This document shows positions 62,247 through 64,000 of a stretch of DNA of 64,000 bases, piece after piece. The DNA is from Podarcis erhardii. Taxonomy: Eukaryota. Location of the stretch: assembly GCA_964252035.1 (NCBI GenBank), contig OZ176213.1. The stretch is one strand, 5' to 3'. A program made the translations under genes and the position numbers. The notes under the pieces were generated by a model. The model made no database searches and was not told the origin of the DNA. It saw only the letters and a list, made by a program, of their open reading frames with translations. How positions within the stretch are numbered: the stretch's first letter is position 1; each line of letters starts with the position of its first letter.

Positions 62247-62311
62247 ATGAATGAACAAGACATACGGTATCGAGACATCCTCGGTCATGGCAATGGAGGA
62301 ACCGTCTACAA
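62247..62311 (+). CDS. MAP2K5: MAP2K5 exon 8, MNEQDIRYRDILGHGNGGTVY(K), kinase Gly-rich loop; gene continues beyond the window
   Basis: gtggag| acceptor, AA|gtgagt donor, 65 nt; GHGNGGTV motif. Confidence 0.95.
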
Positions 62312-62660
62312 GTGAGTGTTTGCCCCCCTCCCTTTTCTTCTTTTTGATCTCAAATTTTGGGAAAGAGAAGGCAGTGGTTCCCCCCCCCCTTCTCTAGGAA
62401 TGTGTCATGAGGTGTCTGGCCTTTATTCCTCCTCTGTGAAGCGCTGATTGTATTTAATGTTTCTAGGAGTTGCCATAACTACCTTAGATCTTGAAAAATG
62501 GCCCCTGTTTTTATGTATCTTGTTTGGTATTGTCTGAATCCCAGGCGGATGTGGAAAGTAGCTACTGTACTCTGAAAATGCTATTTCTGGAGTGTTGTCA
62601 CTCTTGCTTCTACTGAGTAAATAAACTGAGGTGGAAGATCAGAACACCCCATATACAAGT

Positions 62661-63042
62661 GGCCTGGCATACCCATAACACTAAACCATAGTTTCTTTAG
62701 CCTAATTATAGTTTGTTTGAATGTGTGGACCAAGCCCAGCTGATTAATGATGGTTTGATTTCTGCCAAAAGAAACCACAACGTGAAGCTATGGTTTACTG
62801 TTGGATTACAAACCATGGTTTGTTTTAACGATGGTTTGGGGTTATGTTTGAAACCAACAGCCTTCCTTGGACATGGCTTTTTTGATCACCCCATCTTAGA
62901 TGCTTGCCAAGCTGCAAAAGCATGATGTAAGAGCAAGTGGAAAACAAATCAAGCTTTGAAGAAACTGGCCATGACTTGTTTGCTCATCTGTGAAACAAGT
63001 CATATTTCGAACAAACCATGGATTAGTATTGTGAACACAGCC
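62661..63042. mobile_element. Old MITE with repeated AAACCATRGTTT palindromic subunits
   Basis: Several AAACCATAGTTT/AAACCATGGTTT units; imperfect terminal symmetry. Confidence 0.4.
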
Positions 63043-63830
63043 AGTTTATTATTTTTAGTGTTTCATATATTTTTAGACAGTAGGGTTACAACAAGCAAAA
63101 TGAAAAAGTTATTTGTACAATGCAGAATCAAGCTAATGGAACTTCTTGCTATCACAAGCATAAATGGCTTTAGAACTGGATTAGATGAATACATGGAGGA
63201 TAGTTCAGTCGTCATCTAGTAACCATATGTTAAATAACCAACTTGTGGAACTCTTTGCCAATGCTTATTGTGAAGGCCAGCCCACTAGCAAGGATTGTGT
63301 ATATACAAAAGCTGCATTTCTGGTTATTATCCAGCCTCCATTTGGTGCATCCCAATGGTGCTGGTGGATATATACTGTCATGATGTTCTGCTTCCAACCC
63401 CCCAAGTGTCATCTTGGTCACTGTTGCTAGATGATATGCTGAGCTCAATGAATTGTTTGACCAGCCAATCTTTAGTTTCTTAACCACTGCCTAGCTTGAC
63501 ACTGGAGCTACTTGTACCTCATCAAATGTATGCTTTTTTGCCCATTGGGGTGGATTTCTGTGATTTCCTTAACCACTGTGTGTGATTACAGTTGCCTTTT
63601 GAGAAATTGGCCACCTTTTCCAACATGTGCATATGGTACCCATAGTTGCCAGAAAAGTTTGCTAATGGTGGAGTTGCCACCTCTTGAATTTGATGATCAG
63701 TGAATCATCTAATTAACATAAGATGCAGCTGCCTCTCCTGTTATTATCTGGATGCATAAGAACATTTGGTAAACCTGGTGTAGCTACACAGTTTGGGGGT
63801 AGTTTAATCCTTTGATGAGCTGTCCACTTC

Positions 63831-63892
63831 ATACCTAGAACTAACTCAGTTGGTCTTTAAGGTGCTACTGGAAGGAATTTTTTTATTTTGTT
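63831..63892 (+). mobile_element. Penelope-like insertion, copy 3 (single 62-bp arm)
   Basis: Homologous to copy 2 from ATACC to the T-rich tract; 11-bp TSD CTGTCCACTTC at 63820-63830 and 63893-63903. Confidence 0.78.
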
Positions 63893-64000
63893 CTGTCCAC
63901 TTCTAATTGAGTAACAGCTCCAGGGCACCTCTCAGATAAGAGGCTAAGGATTTGGATTTGGATTTTCCACTGTCCCAAAATTCAACCCTTTTGCCTAAAA

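Overview
Vertebrate genomic DNA from a squamate reptile, probably a lacertid lizard judging by its Sauria/Squam SINEs and MITEs. Three spliced genes lie in tandem on the + strand, in the order known from human 15q23. They are the last five coding exons of IQCH (11208-18727), the complete two-exon CDS of C15orf61 (22115-23566, 168 aa, with its own CpG-island promoter), and the 5' part of MAP2K5/MEK5 (exons 1-3 and 5-8, 37536-62311). MAP2K5 exon 4 is not visible and probably lies in the N-gap at 48630-48829. The rest is intronic/intergenic DNA with SINEs, CR1/L2/RTE fragments, Tc1, hAT and Harbinger MITEs, microsatellites and several enhancer-like segments. The most interesting signal is three short Penelope-like insertions (36750-36935, 39593-39806, 63831-63892), each with an 11-13 bp target-site duplication. 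The first two carry a minimal type I hammerhead ribozyme motif; the third is only the segment downstream of the predicted cut. That third copy starts at the predicted self-cleavage site, the first has an 11-nt deletion starting there in both arms of its inverted repeat, and in the second the motif on the MAP2K5 sense strand has a catalytic G8-to-A change while the antisense motif keeps an intact core. Hammerheads in Penelope-like elements are already known; these cleavage-linked junctions are my reading of this sequence. Orthology and repeat-family calls rest on remembered sequences, not database searches.
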